From assembly GCA_003208875.1 (NCBI GenBank), contig QCUR01000003.1, positions 96,001-160,000 of the forward strand: a stretch of 64,000 bases of DNA, written 5' to 3'. The DNA comes from Prochlorococcus sp. AG-679-M23. GTDB lineage: Bacteria; Cyanobacteriota; Cyanobacteriia; PCC-6307; Cyanobiaceae. The first letter of the stretch is position 1; each line of letters starts with the position of its first letter. Of the stretch, positions 1 to 10,185 are shown in pieces. The notes under the pieces are model-generated. The model saw nothing but the letters and a program-made list of their open reading frames with translations, ran no database searches and had not been told where the DNA came from. The translations under genes and the position numbers were made by a program.

Positions 1-324
1 ATTATCAATATCAAATATTATTTTTTTCGGATTCGTTTCCTCCTTTTGAAAGTTTTTATACCATTCTAAAAGAGTATTATCTAATTCAGTTTCTTCGGGA
101 TTCTGTAAAAATAATTTGAGTTTACAAAATCTTGAAAGTATTTTATCTCTTAATTCTATACATGTATTTTTCGTGAAACTTAATAAAAGTATTTCCTCTG
201 ATTTGATCTTTTTCTCCAATACATTTCTTAAAACTAAGTGAGCCAAAGTAAAGCTTTTTCCAGTTCCTGCACTTGCTTCTATTAATTTAAAATTATTATC
301 TAATTTAATTTTGTTAATATCCAT
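1..324 (-). CDS. recB: RecB exodeoxyribonuclease V beta subunit, N-terminal part (runs off window)
   Basis: Manual translation MDINKIKLDNNFKLIEASAGTGKSFTLAHLVLR...ILLLSFT contains the UvrD/RecB Walker A (EASAGTGK); downstream of recC. Confidence 0.9.
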   Translation of the reverse strand, partial: MDINKIKLDNNFKLIEASAGTGKSFTLAHLVLRNVLEKKIKSEEILLLSFTKNTCIELRDKILSRFCKLKLFLQNPEETELDNTLLEWYKNFQKEETNPKKIIFDIDN

Positions 325-336
325 ATCTTATTTAAG

Positions 337-810
337 TTAATATTTAACCTTATCTGTATAAATAAAATAATTTTTAAATTTTTTATTTAAATAGTTCTCT
401 TCTAAAATTATCTTTAATTTAATTATTAAAGCAAGACTTATTGTTAAAAATAAATGATAAAAAGATAATTTAGTAATAAAAAAACCAAAAGATATCAGTA
501 TTAAAGAATAATACATAGGATGTCTAATGAAACTATAAATGCCTGAAGTAGTTAGATTGCCATTGACTATAGGTCTTGGGAAAGGAGATAAATTTCTACC
601 TAAGTCTTTAATTGAAATCAACATGACAATTGTTGAGATTATGATGAGTAAGAAACCCACAAAACTAAATAAAAAATTAACTTGCATTATTTCTTTCTTA
701 GGAATAAATTCCAAATGAATAAAATGAAGAATAATGATGAAGAACTGAAAAAGAACTAGGGAAAATTCATAAGATTTCTTAAAAAATCTTTTCAACTTTA
801 ATTTATACAT
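337..810 (-). CDS. Isoprenylcysteine carboxyl methyltransferase/PEMT family membrane protein
   Basis: L.TSGIYSFIRHPMY motif, EE..L..KF..Y C-terminal motif, hydrophobic helices. Confidence 0.85.
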   Translation of the reverse strand: MYKLKLKRFFKKSYEFSLVLFQFFIIILHFIHLEFIPKKEIMQVNFLFSFVGFLLIIISTIVMLISIKDLGRNLSPFPRPIVNGNLTTSGIYSFIRHPMYYSLILISFGFFITKLSFYHLFLTISLALIIKLKIILEENYLNKKFKNYFIYTDKVKY

Positions 811-3800
811 TATTTATTTTTTAATGCCTCAAATAAAGGGCCATATAATCTGAAAGATAAATCATCAAATTTATCATTTCCAAAAAAGAAGTCTCCTTCT
901 TTTTTATTTCCAAAACACATTTGAATTACACTATTATCTCTTTCTCCTTTGGTAAATGTTTTATTCCCTATCCATTTATCAGAAAAAGCTTTTTTTTCAT
1001 TTTTCAATAGCTTTTTTGCTTCTACATATTTATATGTACTTTCTGGAGGGAGAGGTAAACATTTATCAGAGTAATTCTTAAAAATATTTATATATTCTTC
1101 TAATATTTTCTTTGATTGGAGTTGGCCTGGTGTTTGAAGAATTTCTGATTTATATTGATTTTCTTTTCTAAAAATTACTTTTGTCTTTGTTATCCTCTTT
1201 TCTAAAGAAGAAATAAAGAGTAACTTAATCCAAGCTTCTGACAAACTTTTCAAACTAAGTTTGGAATGAATCAATTCAATCACAACATTATCAGAAATGA
1301 AATATTCTTCTTTATTTGAATTTGATTTAACGTAAACTCTTTTTATATTTTTATCATTACTCAAATTTTCAACTAAACTTCCTAACAGATTTTGTATCTC
1401 TTTTTCTTTTGTAAAAATACTATTTCTTGGCGCAATAATTCCATTTTCAAGAAATTGTTCGTTTATATTTAAATTTTTTAATTCATCAATAATGTCATAA
1501 TTATCAATTTCTAGTTTCTGAATAACTTTAGTAACTAGTTTAAATTTCTGCAAATTACTTACATACTCTTCATCTGGATGATGATTAAATATTCCTTTAG
1601 GAGAAATATTCTTTTTATTGAGCCAATAAAGCTGAGGAGCTTTAAACCAATAAATCAATTCAGATAATTTAAAGTCTTTACATTTATAAATTTTTTCTTC
1701 CCAATCTATTTTATTTAATAAAGAATATTGACTTTTTAAAAAATTACTATTATTAGGATTATCAACTTCTTCTTTCTCATAATCAAAGTATTTGATTATG
1801 GACTTTCTTTGTTTTACAGATAAAAAGCTCTCTAAATAGTTTATTAGTTCCTTAATAGGGAAGGAAATATCTAATATTTTATTATCTTTATCATTATTAA
1901 CCCAAGAAACTATAAGTTGCTTTCTACAGGAAATTAATAACTCTAGGAAAAAGTATTTTTCTCTATCAAAAATAGATGGATCCCCAAGAAGGTATTTTTT
2001 AGTTAGCAAATTTATATTTTCATTACTAGATAATCTTGGATAATAAAAACTATTCATATTAAGTAGGAAAATAATCTTACGAGGAATTAGCCTAACCTTC
2101 TCAATATCACTAACTAATATCTTATTTATATAAGATTGATTTCTATAGTTAAGTTTATTTATACATGTAATTAATATTTCTCTAAAAACATTCAACACAA
2201 TTACTTGATCAGATGTTGAAGATATTAAATAATTATCAAGAATTCTATTTATTTCATATATATCTAAATTGAAATTCTCATTAAAATTTCTAATTTTTTT
2301 AAGTATAAATTTAATCTTTTTAACCCAATCTGAATAATTAAAAGATCCTCTTAGTAAATTAATATATTGTTTTAATTGAACTAAAATTTTAACCCATTTA
2401 TTCAAGTCCAAGCTTGAATTCTTAGGGGTAAATGATTTAAGGTTAGAATTATTTAAACTAAATTCTTCATCATAAACTAGACCTAAAGTAATTCTATTTA
2501 TACACCACTCTAAAGTATTTTTTTCTTCACCCAACCTTTCGTTAGTATCTAATCCCCAATGAAAACCAACTTCATTTAATATTAAAATAATTTCATTTTT
2601 CTCATCAATATCAAAATCAAAAATATTCTGATTAACTTTTTTAGAAAGGAAATATTCTATTTTTTCAAGCGTAATTTTCTCATTTGCTAATTCAATAATA
2701 TCAAGTAAGAAATTATATACATTTGAAGAATCCTCATAATTATCTTCAAGAAATAAATGAGGTAGCTTTTGTCCGTTTATTAATTCATTATTAAAAATAT
2801 ACTTAAGATAAGGTTTTATTAAACTAGTTTGAGGAGATACTATAGCGATATCACTGTATTTAACATCATCGCAAGCTTCTAATATTTCTATGACTTTATT
2901 TCTTACATACTCTAATTGACTTAATTGATTAAAATGCTCCCTAAAAATAATTGACTCATCCTTTTCATTTATCAAAAAATCATCTTGACTATTATCAATT
3001 AATCTTTTCTGAATTTGATTAATCAAAGGTATATCTTTCTCACTTGTAAAACTAAACGTTGGATCAATATATATTGAATTATTGTTTATTTTTATATTTT
3101 CAATATTAGAAGTTTCCTCAATTAATTTCTGATAATTAGCTCCAAATTTGCCAAAAATTTTTTCGATATTTGAACTATTTAAATTAAATTTGCTCTCAAT
3201 AGAACTAAAATCAACCTCTCCCTCAAGAGAATTTATTCTATTCCACAAATTATCTCCAGCAGAGAGTAAGTATAAATTAACCTTAGTAAATTCTGCTAAT
3301 TTAGAATAAAAGCTAACATGTAATCTTGATAAATTATTATCAGAAATAATATATATTTGTCTAGGTAATAGATTTTCTTCATTATGTATTTTTTTAATAT
3401 TATTTATTATGTCAATCATGAATAAACATGAAGGTTTCTCGGTCATTTTTTTCTCAAGTAATTTATATAAAATTGGTTGCCAATATTCATTTGAATTTAA
3501 ATTATTAAAAAGATTTCGTGAACTCAACTCATATCTATGCCAATTAGCTATCATCTCAGGCCTGAAAATTAAATACTCAATAAAATTATTTGCAATCTTT
3601 TTTGATAAGTTGTGAATATCCCCATCGATTAGCTTTTTATTATTTAAGTATTTATTAATCCAATTACTTAGCGGTAATGATTCTTTATAGCTGTTTAATT
3701 CCTCAAATGAATCTATAATTCCCCATTTTATTGAATCAAAATTCCATACTCCCATATTAATTGCAGGGAAAATTTTTGTTAATAATGCTTCGGTATAACT

Positions 3801-3995
3801 TGATATGGTCTTAAATTCATAGAGAGCACTTATTTGATTACTTATTGTTATTTGGTCCCACAACCACTTTCCTAAAAAATAATTAGGAACTGCTATATCT
3901 AGTTTTTCTGTTATTAAAGGGGGGCTAATTATTAATTCTTTTGCTAATAGCTCAGTAATAACTTCAATTTTGTTTGATTTATAAATATTAAGCAA
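810..3995 (-). CDS. recC: RecC exodeoxyribonuclease V gamma subunit
   Basis: 1061 aa, N-terminal YKSNKIE and IAVPN motifs, adjacent to recB. Confidence 0.9.
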   Translation of the reverse strand: MLNIYKSNKIEVITELLAKELIISPPLITEKLDIAVPNYFLGKWLWDQITISNQISALYEFKTISSYTEALLTKIFPAINMGVWNFDSIKWGIIDSFEELNSYKESLPLSNWINKYLNNKKLIDGDIHNLSKKIANNFIEYLIFRPEMIANWHRYELSSRNLFNNLNSNEYWQPILYKLLEKKMTEKPSCLFMIDIINNIKKIHNEENLLPRQIYIISDNNLSRLHVSFYSKLAEFTKVNLYLLSAGDNLWNRINSLEGEVDFSSIESKFNLNSSNIEKIFGKFGANYQKLIEETSNIENIKINNNSIYIDPTFSFTSEKDIPLINQIQKRLIDNSQDDFLINEKDESIIFREHFNQLSQLEYVRNKVIEILEACDDVKYSDIAIVSPQTSLIKPYLKYIFNNELINGQKLPHLFLEDNYEDSSNVYNFLLDIIELANEKITLEKIEYFLSKKVNQNIFDFDIDEKNEIILILNEVGFHWGLDTNERLGEEKNTLEWCINRITLGLVYDEEFSLNNSNLKSFTPKNSSLDLNKWVKILVQLKQYINLLRGSFNYSDWVKKIKFILKKIRNFNENFNLDIYEINRILDNYLISSTSDQVIVLNVFREILITCINKLNYRNQSYINKILVSDIEKVRLIPRKIIFLLNMNSFYYPRLSSNENINLLTKKYLLGDPSIFDREKYFFLELLISCRKQLIVSWVNNDKDNKILDISFPIKELINYLESFLSVKQRKSIIKYFDYEKEEVDNPNNSNFLKSQYSLLNKIDWEEKIYKCKDFKLSELIYWFKAPQLYWLNKKNISPKGIFNHHPDEEYVSNLQKFKLVTKVIQKLEIDNYDIIDELKNLNINEQFLENGIIAPRNSIFTKEKEIQNLLGSLVENLSNDKNIKRVYVKSNSNKEEYFISDNVVIELIHSKLSLKSLSEAWIKLLFISSLEKRITKTKVIFRKENQYKSEILQTPGQLQSKKILEEYINIFKNYSDKCLPLPPESTYKYVEAKKLLKNEKKAFSDKWIGNKTFTKGERDNSVIQMCFGNKKEGDFFFGNDKFDDLSFRLYGPLFEALKNK

Positions 3996-4012
3996 TTTTC
4001 TTTTATTCTTTT

Positions 4013-4330
4013 TTACTCAACTTTAAGAGGGTCATTAATTTCGCTATTAGGGCATTCAAATTCTCCTACAGCAACAAATTCTAAGCGAAGCTTTAAGAAT
4101 GTAATAAACTTTTTATCTGTAGAGATAACGGCGGCTGGAGTATTAGGGATTTTTTTAGATAAATCTAAAAATGCTGAAGATTTCAAAAAAGATGGATTCT
4201 TTAAAAGCCAAAAATCTATTTCCTTTTTGTTTTCTTTATAGTTTCGGATCCTTTCTTTTAAGATCTCTTCAAGAGGTTCTTCAACTGTTAAAAATTTTTC
4301 ACTTGCTGCAACGAAAAAATAAGTTGTCAT
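4013..4330 (-). CDS. ycf54: Ycf54, MgPME cyclase auxiliary protein
   Basis: YFFVAASEKFL..EEPLEEILKER and FITFLKLRLEFV motifs. Confidence 0.92.
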   Translation of the reverse strand: MTTYFFVAASEKFLTVEEPLEEILKERIRNYKENKKEIDFWLLKNPSFLKSSAFLDLSKKIPNTPAAVISTDKKFITFLKLRLEFVAVGEFECPNSEINDPLKVE

Positions 4331-4339
4331 TTTAAATAA

Positions 4340-5083
4340 TTAATTTATTGAAATTAGAGTCTTCATTTCGCGTACAGCTCTTTCTAGACCTACCGCTAAA
4401 GCCCTTGAAACAATACTATGTCCAATGTTTAACTCATTCATATTGTTAATTGATGCAATCTTTTTTACATTTTGATAATTCAGTCCATGCCCAGCATTAA
4501 CGACTAATCCAATATCTTCGGCATAATAAGAAGATTCAATAATTTTTTGAAGCTCTACATATTGATCTTGTCCTTTTAAATCAGCATATTTACCAGTATG
4601 TAATTCTATAAAATCAAATCCTATTTCTCCTGAAGAATTAATCTGATCATTTGCAGGATCTATAAATGCGCTTACTTCAATATTGGAACTTTTTAAACTA
4701 TTAACGTATTCTTTAAGGTATTTCTCATTATTTTTAACATCCAAACCACCTTCTGTAGTGATTTCTTTTCTTTTTTCTGGTACAAGTGTTACATAATCTG
4801 GAAGTAACTTTTTAGAAATTCTCAACATTTCTTCAGTCGCTGCCATTTCTAGATTAAGTTTGGTTTTAATAGTATCTTTCAAAAGATATATATCTCGATC
4901 TTGTATATGCCTTCTATCTTCTCTTAAGTGAACTGTTATGGAATCAGCACCGCCTAATTCTGCTAAAAAAGCGAATTGAACAGGATCTGGTTCTATAGTC
5001 TGCCTAGCCTGCCTGACATTTGCAATATGATCTATATTTACCCCTAAAGTTGCCATAAATTGATAACTCTTTGATTTAGACAA
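4340..5083 (-). CDS. pdxJ: Pyridoxine 5'-phosphate synthase (true start probably MATLGVN at 5056)
   Basis: LGVNIDHIA, ITVHLREDRRHI and NAGHGL motifs. Confidence 0.97.
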   Translation of the reverse strand: MSKSKSYQFMATLGVNIDHIANVRQARQTIEPDPVQFAFLAELGGADSITVHLREDRRHIQDRDIYLLKDTIKTKLNLEMAATEEMLRISKKLLPDYVTLVPEKRKEITTEGGLDVKNNEKYLKEYVNSLKSSNIEVSAFIDPANDQINSSGEIGFDFIELHTGKYADLKGQDQYVELQKIIESSYYAEDIGLVVNAGHGLNYQNVKKIASINNMNELNIGHSIVSRALAVGLERAVREMKTLISIN

Positions 5084-5149
5084 TTTACTAACAGCCTAAT
5101 CCTAGCTAATAAAAAATTACAATCCTATAATTTATTAATATAAAGTAAA

Positions 5150-5830
5150 TTGAATTTGAAAAATAAAACTAATAATATTTGCCATGAAATTAACCCTTTT
5201 TTGGGCCTTATTGCAATGTTTATAACCCAAGATATTGTTATGAAAATATTTTTTAAAAAAAAGAAAATAATTAATAATAAGTTTCTAATTCCCTATAACA
5301 GTTCGGTTATTTTAGCCCCAACCCATAGATCGAGGTGGGATGGATTAATTCTTACTATGGCGATGGGTAGGAGAGTTACCAAAAAGGATTGTAGATTTAT
5401 GGTCACAAAATCTGAGATGAATGGAATTCAGGGTTGGTTTTTAAGAAGACTTGGTTGTTTTTCAATAAATCAATCATCTCCCTCTCTTGCTGTCTTGCGA
5501 TATGCTGTAAATCTAATCGTCAAAAAAAGGCAGTTAGTTGTTTTTCCAGAAGGAAAAATTAATAAATATGGAAAAAAAATTGTCCTAAAAGAAGGACTCT
5601 TTAGATTAGCCAGATTAGCAAGAAAAAAGGCAAAATCTATAACTATAATTCCTATCGGAATAGCTTACAGTGAGGTAAATCCAAAGTTTAGAAGTAATGT
5701 TTCTTTATGTTTTGGGGAGCCTTTAATTATTAGTGAAAATATAAACTTTTCTATAAATGAATTTAATGAAATATTGCACGAAAAAATGACCGCAGCAGAA
5801 AACAAAGCATTAAAAATAGTCGGTCGATGA
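5150..5830 (+). CDS. plsC: 1-acyl-sn-glycerol-3-phosphate acyltransferase
   Basis: HRSRWD (HxxxxD) and VFPEG motifs. Confidence 0.85.
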   Translation: MNLKNKTNNICHEINPFLGLIAMFITQDIVMKIFFKKKKIINNKFLIPYNSSVILAPTHRSRWDGLILTMAMGRRVTKKDCRFMVTKSEMNGIQGWFLRRLGCFSINQSSPSLAVLRYAVNLIVKKRQLVVFPEGKINKYGKKIVLKEGLFRLARLARKKAKSITIIPIGIAYSEVNPKFRSNVSLCFGEPLIISENINFSINEFNEILHEKMTAAENKALKIVGR

Positions 5831-6390
5831 TTCCATTATCAGTTAGTATTGAAATTAACAAATACGACAACATGAGAGTCTTAAAGTTAATTCCGATTAT
5901 TTTTATATCTTTAGGAATATTTTCCCCTGCTAATACTGTTTATGCAGATAGCGATGATCCAAATAATTATAAAATTCTTTCAAGTACTAATAAAAAACTT
6001 TCAATTACAAACGTACAAGCCTTCTTAAGAGAAGGAGATAATCTAATAAAATCTGGTGATTTTGATAAAGCTAAAGATTCTTTTGACAAAGCAAGAAATT
6101 TAGCAAAACAACTAGCAGGATTTTACGGGGATTTAAATGGTTCGTTTCAAGGGTTAGATGCAAGGATCCCAAGAGAGATGGCAGAAAAAGGTAAGAAGTC
6201 ATTACAAATTTGGGCAGAATCAAATGGAAGATTAGCTTCGGTATATAAAAGTAAAAATCAACCTGAAGTCGCTGTACCTTTACTTGTAGAAATAATCAGG
6301 TTAATGTCACCTACTAGCCCAGAAGGTAAAGAAGCTTATAAAGATTTGGTTCAACTTGGTTTTGTTGAAACGCCCTACAAAGGATTATAG
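5827..6390 (+). CDS. Conserved exported helical/TPR-like protein (start likely MRVLK at 5872)
   Basis: Signal-peptide-like N-terminus; helical repeats; operonic with bolA/grx. Confidence 0.7.
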   Translation: MIPLSVSIEINKYDNMRVLKLIPIIFISLGIFSPANTVYADSDDPNNYKILSSTNKKLSITNVQAFLREGDNLIKSGDFDKAKDSFDKARNLAKQLAGFYGDLNGSFQGLDARIPREMAEKGKKSLQIWAESNGRLASVYKSKNQPEVAVPLLVEIIRLMSPTSPEGKEAYKDLVQLGFVETPYKGL

Positions 6391-6399
6391 GAATAAATA

Positions 6400-6630
6400 A
6401 TGGCTACTAAAAGTGAAGTAATTAACTTAATAAAGCAAAAAATAGTTGATTCTGAAGTTTATGTTGAGAATCTAAAAGGTAATGATCATTTGCAAGTAAC
6501 TGTAATTTCATCTGAATTTAATGGATTATCATTAGTTAAGCAACATCAACTAGTCTATTCTGCACTAAAAGAAGAATTAGCTTCAGAGGCTATCCATGCG
6601 TTAGCACTAAAAACAGAAACCCCTAATTAA
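6400..6630 (+). CDS. bolA: BolA family protein
   Basis: DHLQVTVIS..F.GLSLVKQHQLVY and IHALAL motifs. Confidence 0.95.
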   Translation: MATKSEVINLIKQKIVDSEVYVENLKGNDHLQVTVISSEFNGLSLVKQHQLVYSALKEELASEAIHALALKTETPN

Positions 6631-6633
6631 ATT

Positions 6634-6957
6634 ATGGAAAACACTACTAAAAATAAAATTCAAAATCTTATCGACTCTAATCCAGTTATGGTCTTTATGA
6701 AAGGAAATAAATTAATGCCTCAATGTGGGTTTTCTAATAATGTAGTACAAATTCTTAATTCACTTGGAGTGGCATTTAATACATTTGATGTCTTAAGTGA
6801 TTTTGAAATAAGGGAAGGTATTAAAGAGTACTCGGAATGGCCAACAATTCCTCAAGTTTATTTAAAAGGAGAATTCTTAGGTGGTTCAGATATTCTGATC
6901 GAGATGTATAACTCAGGAACATTAAAAGAAAAGATCGAGATTGCATTAGCTTCTTAA
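6634..6957 (+). CDS. grxD: Monothiol glutaredoxin (Grx4 family)
   Basis: PQCGFS active site, WPTIPQ, GGSD. Confidence 0.95.
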   Translation: MENTTKNKIQNLIDSNPVMVFMKGNKLMPQCGFSNNVVQILNSLGVAFNTFDVLSDFEIREGIKEYSEWPTIPQVYLKGEFLGGSDILIEMYNSGTLKEKIEIALAS

Positions 6958-7006
6958 AATATTTACTAAGTATAAATACTAAATTTAGTTAATAAAAATT
7001 AATATT

Positions 7007-7276
7007 TTAAATCTTTTTTTTATCAAAAAAACCTTTATTTTCATCGCCATCTGGATTTATAAAACTGGACGGATCTAATATCCATCTATCAATTAATCTT
7101 TCTAATTTCTCTTGATCTTTTAGCTCTAAACTGTTGCAATTCCTTAAGGCTTGGAGATAACCATCACTATATAATTTCAAGTCTGAGGGTGTATGAAATC
7201 TAGTTACTAGGTCTTGGCAACTATCGCATATTGATTGAAAATGGCGAATTGCTACTGGATTTTCAAATGATGTCAT
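7007..7276 (-). CDS. Conserved cyanobacterial hypothetical protein
   Basis: Intact 89 aa ORF divergent from the response regulator. Confidence 0.75.
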   Translation of the reverse strand: MTSFENPVAIRHFQSICDSCQDLVTRFHTPSDLKLYSDGYLQALRNCNSLELKDQEKLERLIDRWILDPSSFINPDGDENKGFFDKKKI

Positions 7277-7362
7277 AATTTGATAGATTCTGATTTTTAT
7301 TTAGCATTTGTTATACCTTATTAAGGATGATTAAAAATTGCCTGGCCAAACAGTAATTAAGA

Positions 7363-8100
7363 ATGCAATCAACTGAGCAAATCTTAGCTTCAGCTCCTGG
7401 CAGCTCCCAATTGCCTTCGACCTCTCAAACACCTTCGAGAGTTCTTGTTGTTGAACCTCACCCCACACTAAGAACAGTCTTAGTACAAAGACTTCGTCAA
7501 GACGGTCATTTAGCAGCCGCCGTAGGATCTGCTGTTGAAGCTGTTGACTTATGCAGAGAGCAGTCTCCTGACTTACTTGTCAGTGCCGAGATATTAGAAC
7601 AAAATACTGCAATGAGGTTAGCTCAGCAATTGGGTTGCTCAGTTATTGTTCTAACAGCGAGATCTGGGGTAGAACCATTAGTTAGCTTATTGGATGAGGG
7701 GGCTGATGATGTTCTAAGAAAACCTTTTGGATTAGAGGAATTAGCCGCAAGATGCAGAACTCTACTAAAGAGGGGTCGTATAGGTTTACAGGAGAAAGTT
7801 GCAGTAGGTCCTTTAGAAGTTCATTTACTTTTAAGGCAAGTAACTTTAAGCGAGAAGCCCGTAGAATTGAGCCCTAGAGAGTTTGCTTTGCTTTGTGCTT
7901 TACTTATGCCTCCTGGTATGGTCCGAAGTCGCCAAGAGCTTCTAAGATTGGCATGGCCGCCATTTAGCGGAGGACCAAGATCTGTAGATACTCAAGTTCT
8001 GACATTGCGTAGAAAACTAGAGCAAGCAGGATTAGGAGAAGGAGGAGGCATTACAACAGTTCGACAGCAAGGATATAGATTTAGTATTGATAATATTTAA
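7363..8100 (+). CDS. OmpR-family response regulator with atypical receiver domain
   Basis: Receiver fold (GADD..KPF) plus winged helix (LSPREF, LRRKL, TVRQQGY). Confidence 0.9.
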   Translation: MQSTEQILASAPGSSQLPSTSQTPSRVLVVEPHPTLRTVLVQRLRQDGHLAAAVGSAVEAVDLCREQSPDLLVSAEILEQNTAMRLAQQLGCSVIVLTARSGVEPLVSLLDEGADDVLRKPFGLEELAARCRTLLKRGRIGLQEKVAVGPLEVHLLLRQVTLSEKPVELSPREFALLCALLMPPGMVRSRQELLRLAWPPFSGGPRSVDTQVLTLRRKLEQAGLGEGGGITTVRQQGYRFSIDNI

Positions 8101-8603
8101 ATTGTAAAAGCTATTATTTCGCCCATAAACATCAATATTGACAAGTAAGTTAGTATTTTATATGTCCATAAGGGTGAAATGTATGATAATTTATCGATAT
8201 TTAATTTTGTCTTATCCTCAATTATAAATACAAACCTTTCAAAATTTTCAACCCTTTGCGGAACAAGATAACTTTCACTTTTATTACTAATAAAATAATG
8301 TACATTACTTCCTTGGCTGGTTGGCAAAGATTTAATAAATTTAATATCTTTCCACAAAATTTCCCAATCTTTTTTTCCAAATATTTTAGAAATAAAGCTT
8401 GTTTTATAAGAAATTTTTTTATCACAGGTATCCACATAATCATTTGTAATATTGATAATCAAAAGTAAACCAAAGGCAAAAGTTATTATTGAGAATATTT
8501 TTAAATTTTCACTTGAAATAAATGGGATAGGAAATGTGAGTGCTAAATATAGTGAAATCAAAGAACTTTTAACAAAAAAAAGAGTTTTGAATTTTTCTGC
8601 CAT
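8097..8603 (-). CDS. Hypothetical membrane protein
   Basis: 168 aa ORF with terminal hydrophobic helices, follows crtH on the same strand. Confidence 0.75.
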   Translation of the reverse strand: MAEKFKTLFFVKSSLISLYLALTFPIPFISSENLKIFSIITFAFGLLLIINITNDYVDTCDKKISYKTSFISKIFGKKDWEILWKDIKFIKSLPTSQGSNVHYFISNKSESYLVPQRVENFERFVFIIEDKTKLNIDKLSYISPLWTYKILTYLSILMFMGEIIAFTI

Positions 8604-8616
8604 CTGATTTATCTTT

Positions 8617-10173
8617 TTAGTCTGGTAAATTAAAACTATTTATATTTAATTTTGATCCAATTTTATGAGCGCAAGCATAACCACTAAAAGCAACTGCATT
8701 AAGACCTTGTCCTGGAAAACATGAATCTCCAACGCAATAAAGGTTTTTAATTTTTGTAGTATTAAATGGCATAGGAAGTAATCCAAGCAATTTTTTATTA
8801 GGAATTGGTCCATAACTGCCTTCGAATCTTCCAAGAAATTTTCTATGGGTTCTTGGAGTGCCTATCTCTTTATGATCAATATTTTGATCTAATTTAGGAA
8901 TTATTTTAGAAATTTTTTCTATAAGAAATGAATAATAAACTTGCTTCTTTTTAAGATAATCTTCTCGTGAGAGGTTCTCCCATTCTTCGATTGATGAAGG
9001 AGTAAATGCATGGATAATATGTTTACCTTCTGGAGCTAAGGACGGATCTAGTAATGTAGGTATAGAGATGAAAATCACCCCTTTTTCATTTTCTAATTCG
9101 TCCCAATTCTCAACAATTATATGATGACAATTAAAGTCTTTATTTATTAAATCTTTTATAACTCCAAGATGAATTGAGACGAAAGATGGAGAAGGCTTAT
9201 AAGTTTCAGACCACTTATTTTCACTTTTTGGTACTTGATCACTTTTAATTAATCCTTTTTTAAGATGATTAAGCCCAAAAGTATCCCATCTTGTAGAATT
9301 GGATACAACAATATTTGAGTAAATTTCTTCTCCATTTAAAAGCTTTACTCCTACTGCCTTTCCATCTTTTAATAGTATTTCAGTCACATTAGCTCTATAA
9401 CGTATTTTACTTCCAAGTCTTTCCAACCCAGAAACTAATTTTTCTGCAATCTTGCCAACACCACCTTTTGGATAATTAATTCCTCCAGCATGTCTATCAG
9501 TAAAAACCATTCCAGCATTGATCATAGGAGTTTTAAGGGCAGGCATTACTGACCAACAAAAACACTCAATATCAATAAATTTTAAAAGTTCAGGATCCTT
9601 AATAAACTTTCTTGCAACATCTCCTGCATTTATTGGAAGCCATCTAGCCAAACCTAAGCAGGATAATGGCGCTTTAAAGAATACCTTAAAAAGATAACTA
9701 GGATCCTCTATTGATAATAAAGGCATGGAATCTAAACAATTAAAAACCTTTTTACAAGTTCCATAAAACTTACTTATACCCTCCTTCTCATCAGGAAAAC
9801 GTGCTGATAATTTACTAATAAATTTTTGATAACTTTTATCTACAGAAATACTAAGTTTATTTGGGAGATGATATTCAAGTTGAACGGGATCAGGAATAGT
9901 TTCACATTTCTCATTTACATCTTTTAAAGCACGAGTTAACAAATTTGTATAACCTTTCTCTCCAAACCCAAAAATCATTGAAGCGCCAACATCGAAAGTA
10001 TAACCCTTTCTTTTAAATGAACCTCCACTTCCCCCTGGAATAATATATTTTTCAAGAACGAGTACTTTGGCTCCCTTAGCAGCTAATTGTGATGCTGTTA
10101 CTAAACCTCCTATACCTGAACCAACAATAATTACATCGAAATTTTCTTTATTTGATTTCATTTTTGATTTCAT
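8617..10173 (-). CDS. crtH: Carotenoid isomerase
   Basis: FAD-binding GSGIGG, FDVGASMIFG, C-terminal VGDSCFPGQG. Confidence 0.92.
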   Translation of the reverse strand: MKSKMKSNKENFDVIIVGSGIGGLVTASQLAAKGAKVLVLEKYIIPGGSGGSFKRKGYTFDVGASMIFGFGEKGYTNLLTRALKDVNEKCETIPDPVQLEYHLPNKLSISVDKSYQKFISKLSARFPDEKEGISKFYGTCKKVFNCLDSMPLLSIEDPSYLFKVFFKAPLSCLGLARWLPINAGDVARKFIKDPELLKFIDIECFCWSVMPALKTPMINAGMVFTDRHAGGINYPKGGVGKIAEKLVSGLERLGSKIRYRANVTEILLKDGKAVGVKLLNGEEIYSNIVVSNSTRWDTFGLNHLKKGLIKSDQVPKSENKWSETYKPSPSFVSIHLGVIKDLINKDFNCHHIIVENWDELENEKGVIFISIPTLLDPSLAPEGKHIIHAFTPSSIEEWENLSREDYLKKKQVYYSFLIEKISKIIPKLDQNIDHKEIGTPRTHRKFLGRFEGSYGPIPNKKLLGLLPMPFNTTKIKNLYCVGDSCFPGQGLNAVAFSGYACAHKIGSKLNINSFNLPD

Positions 10174-10185
10174 GAATAATTTATT

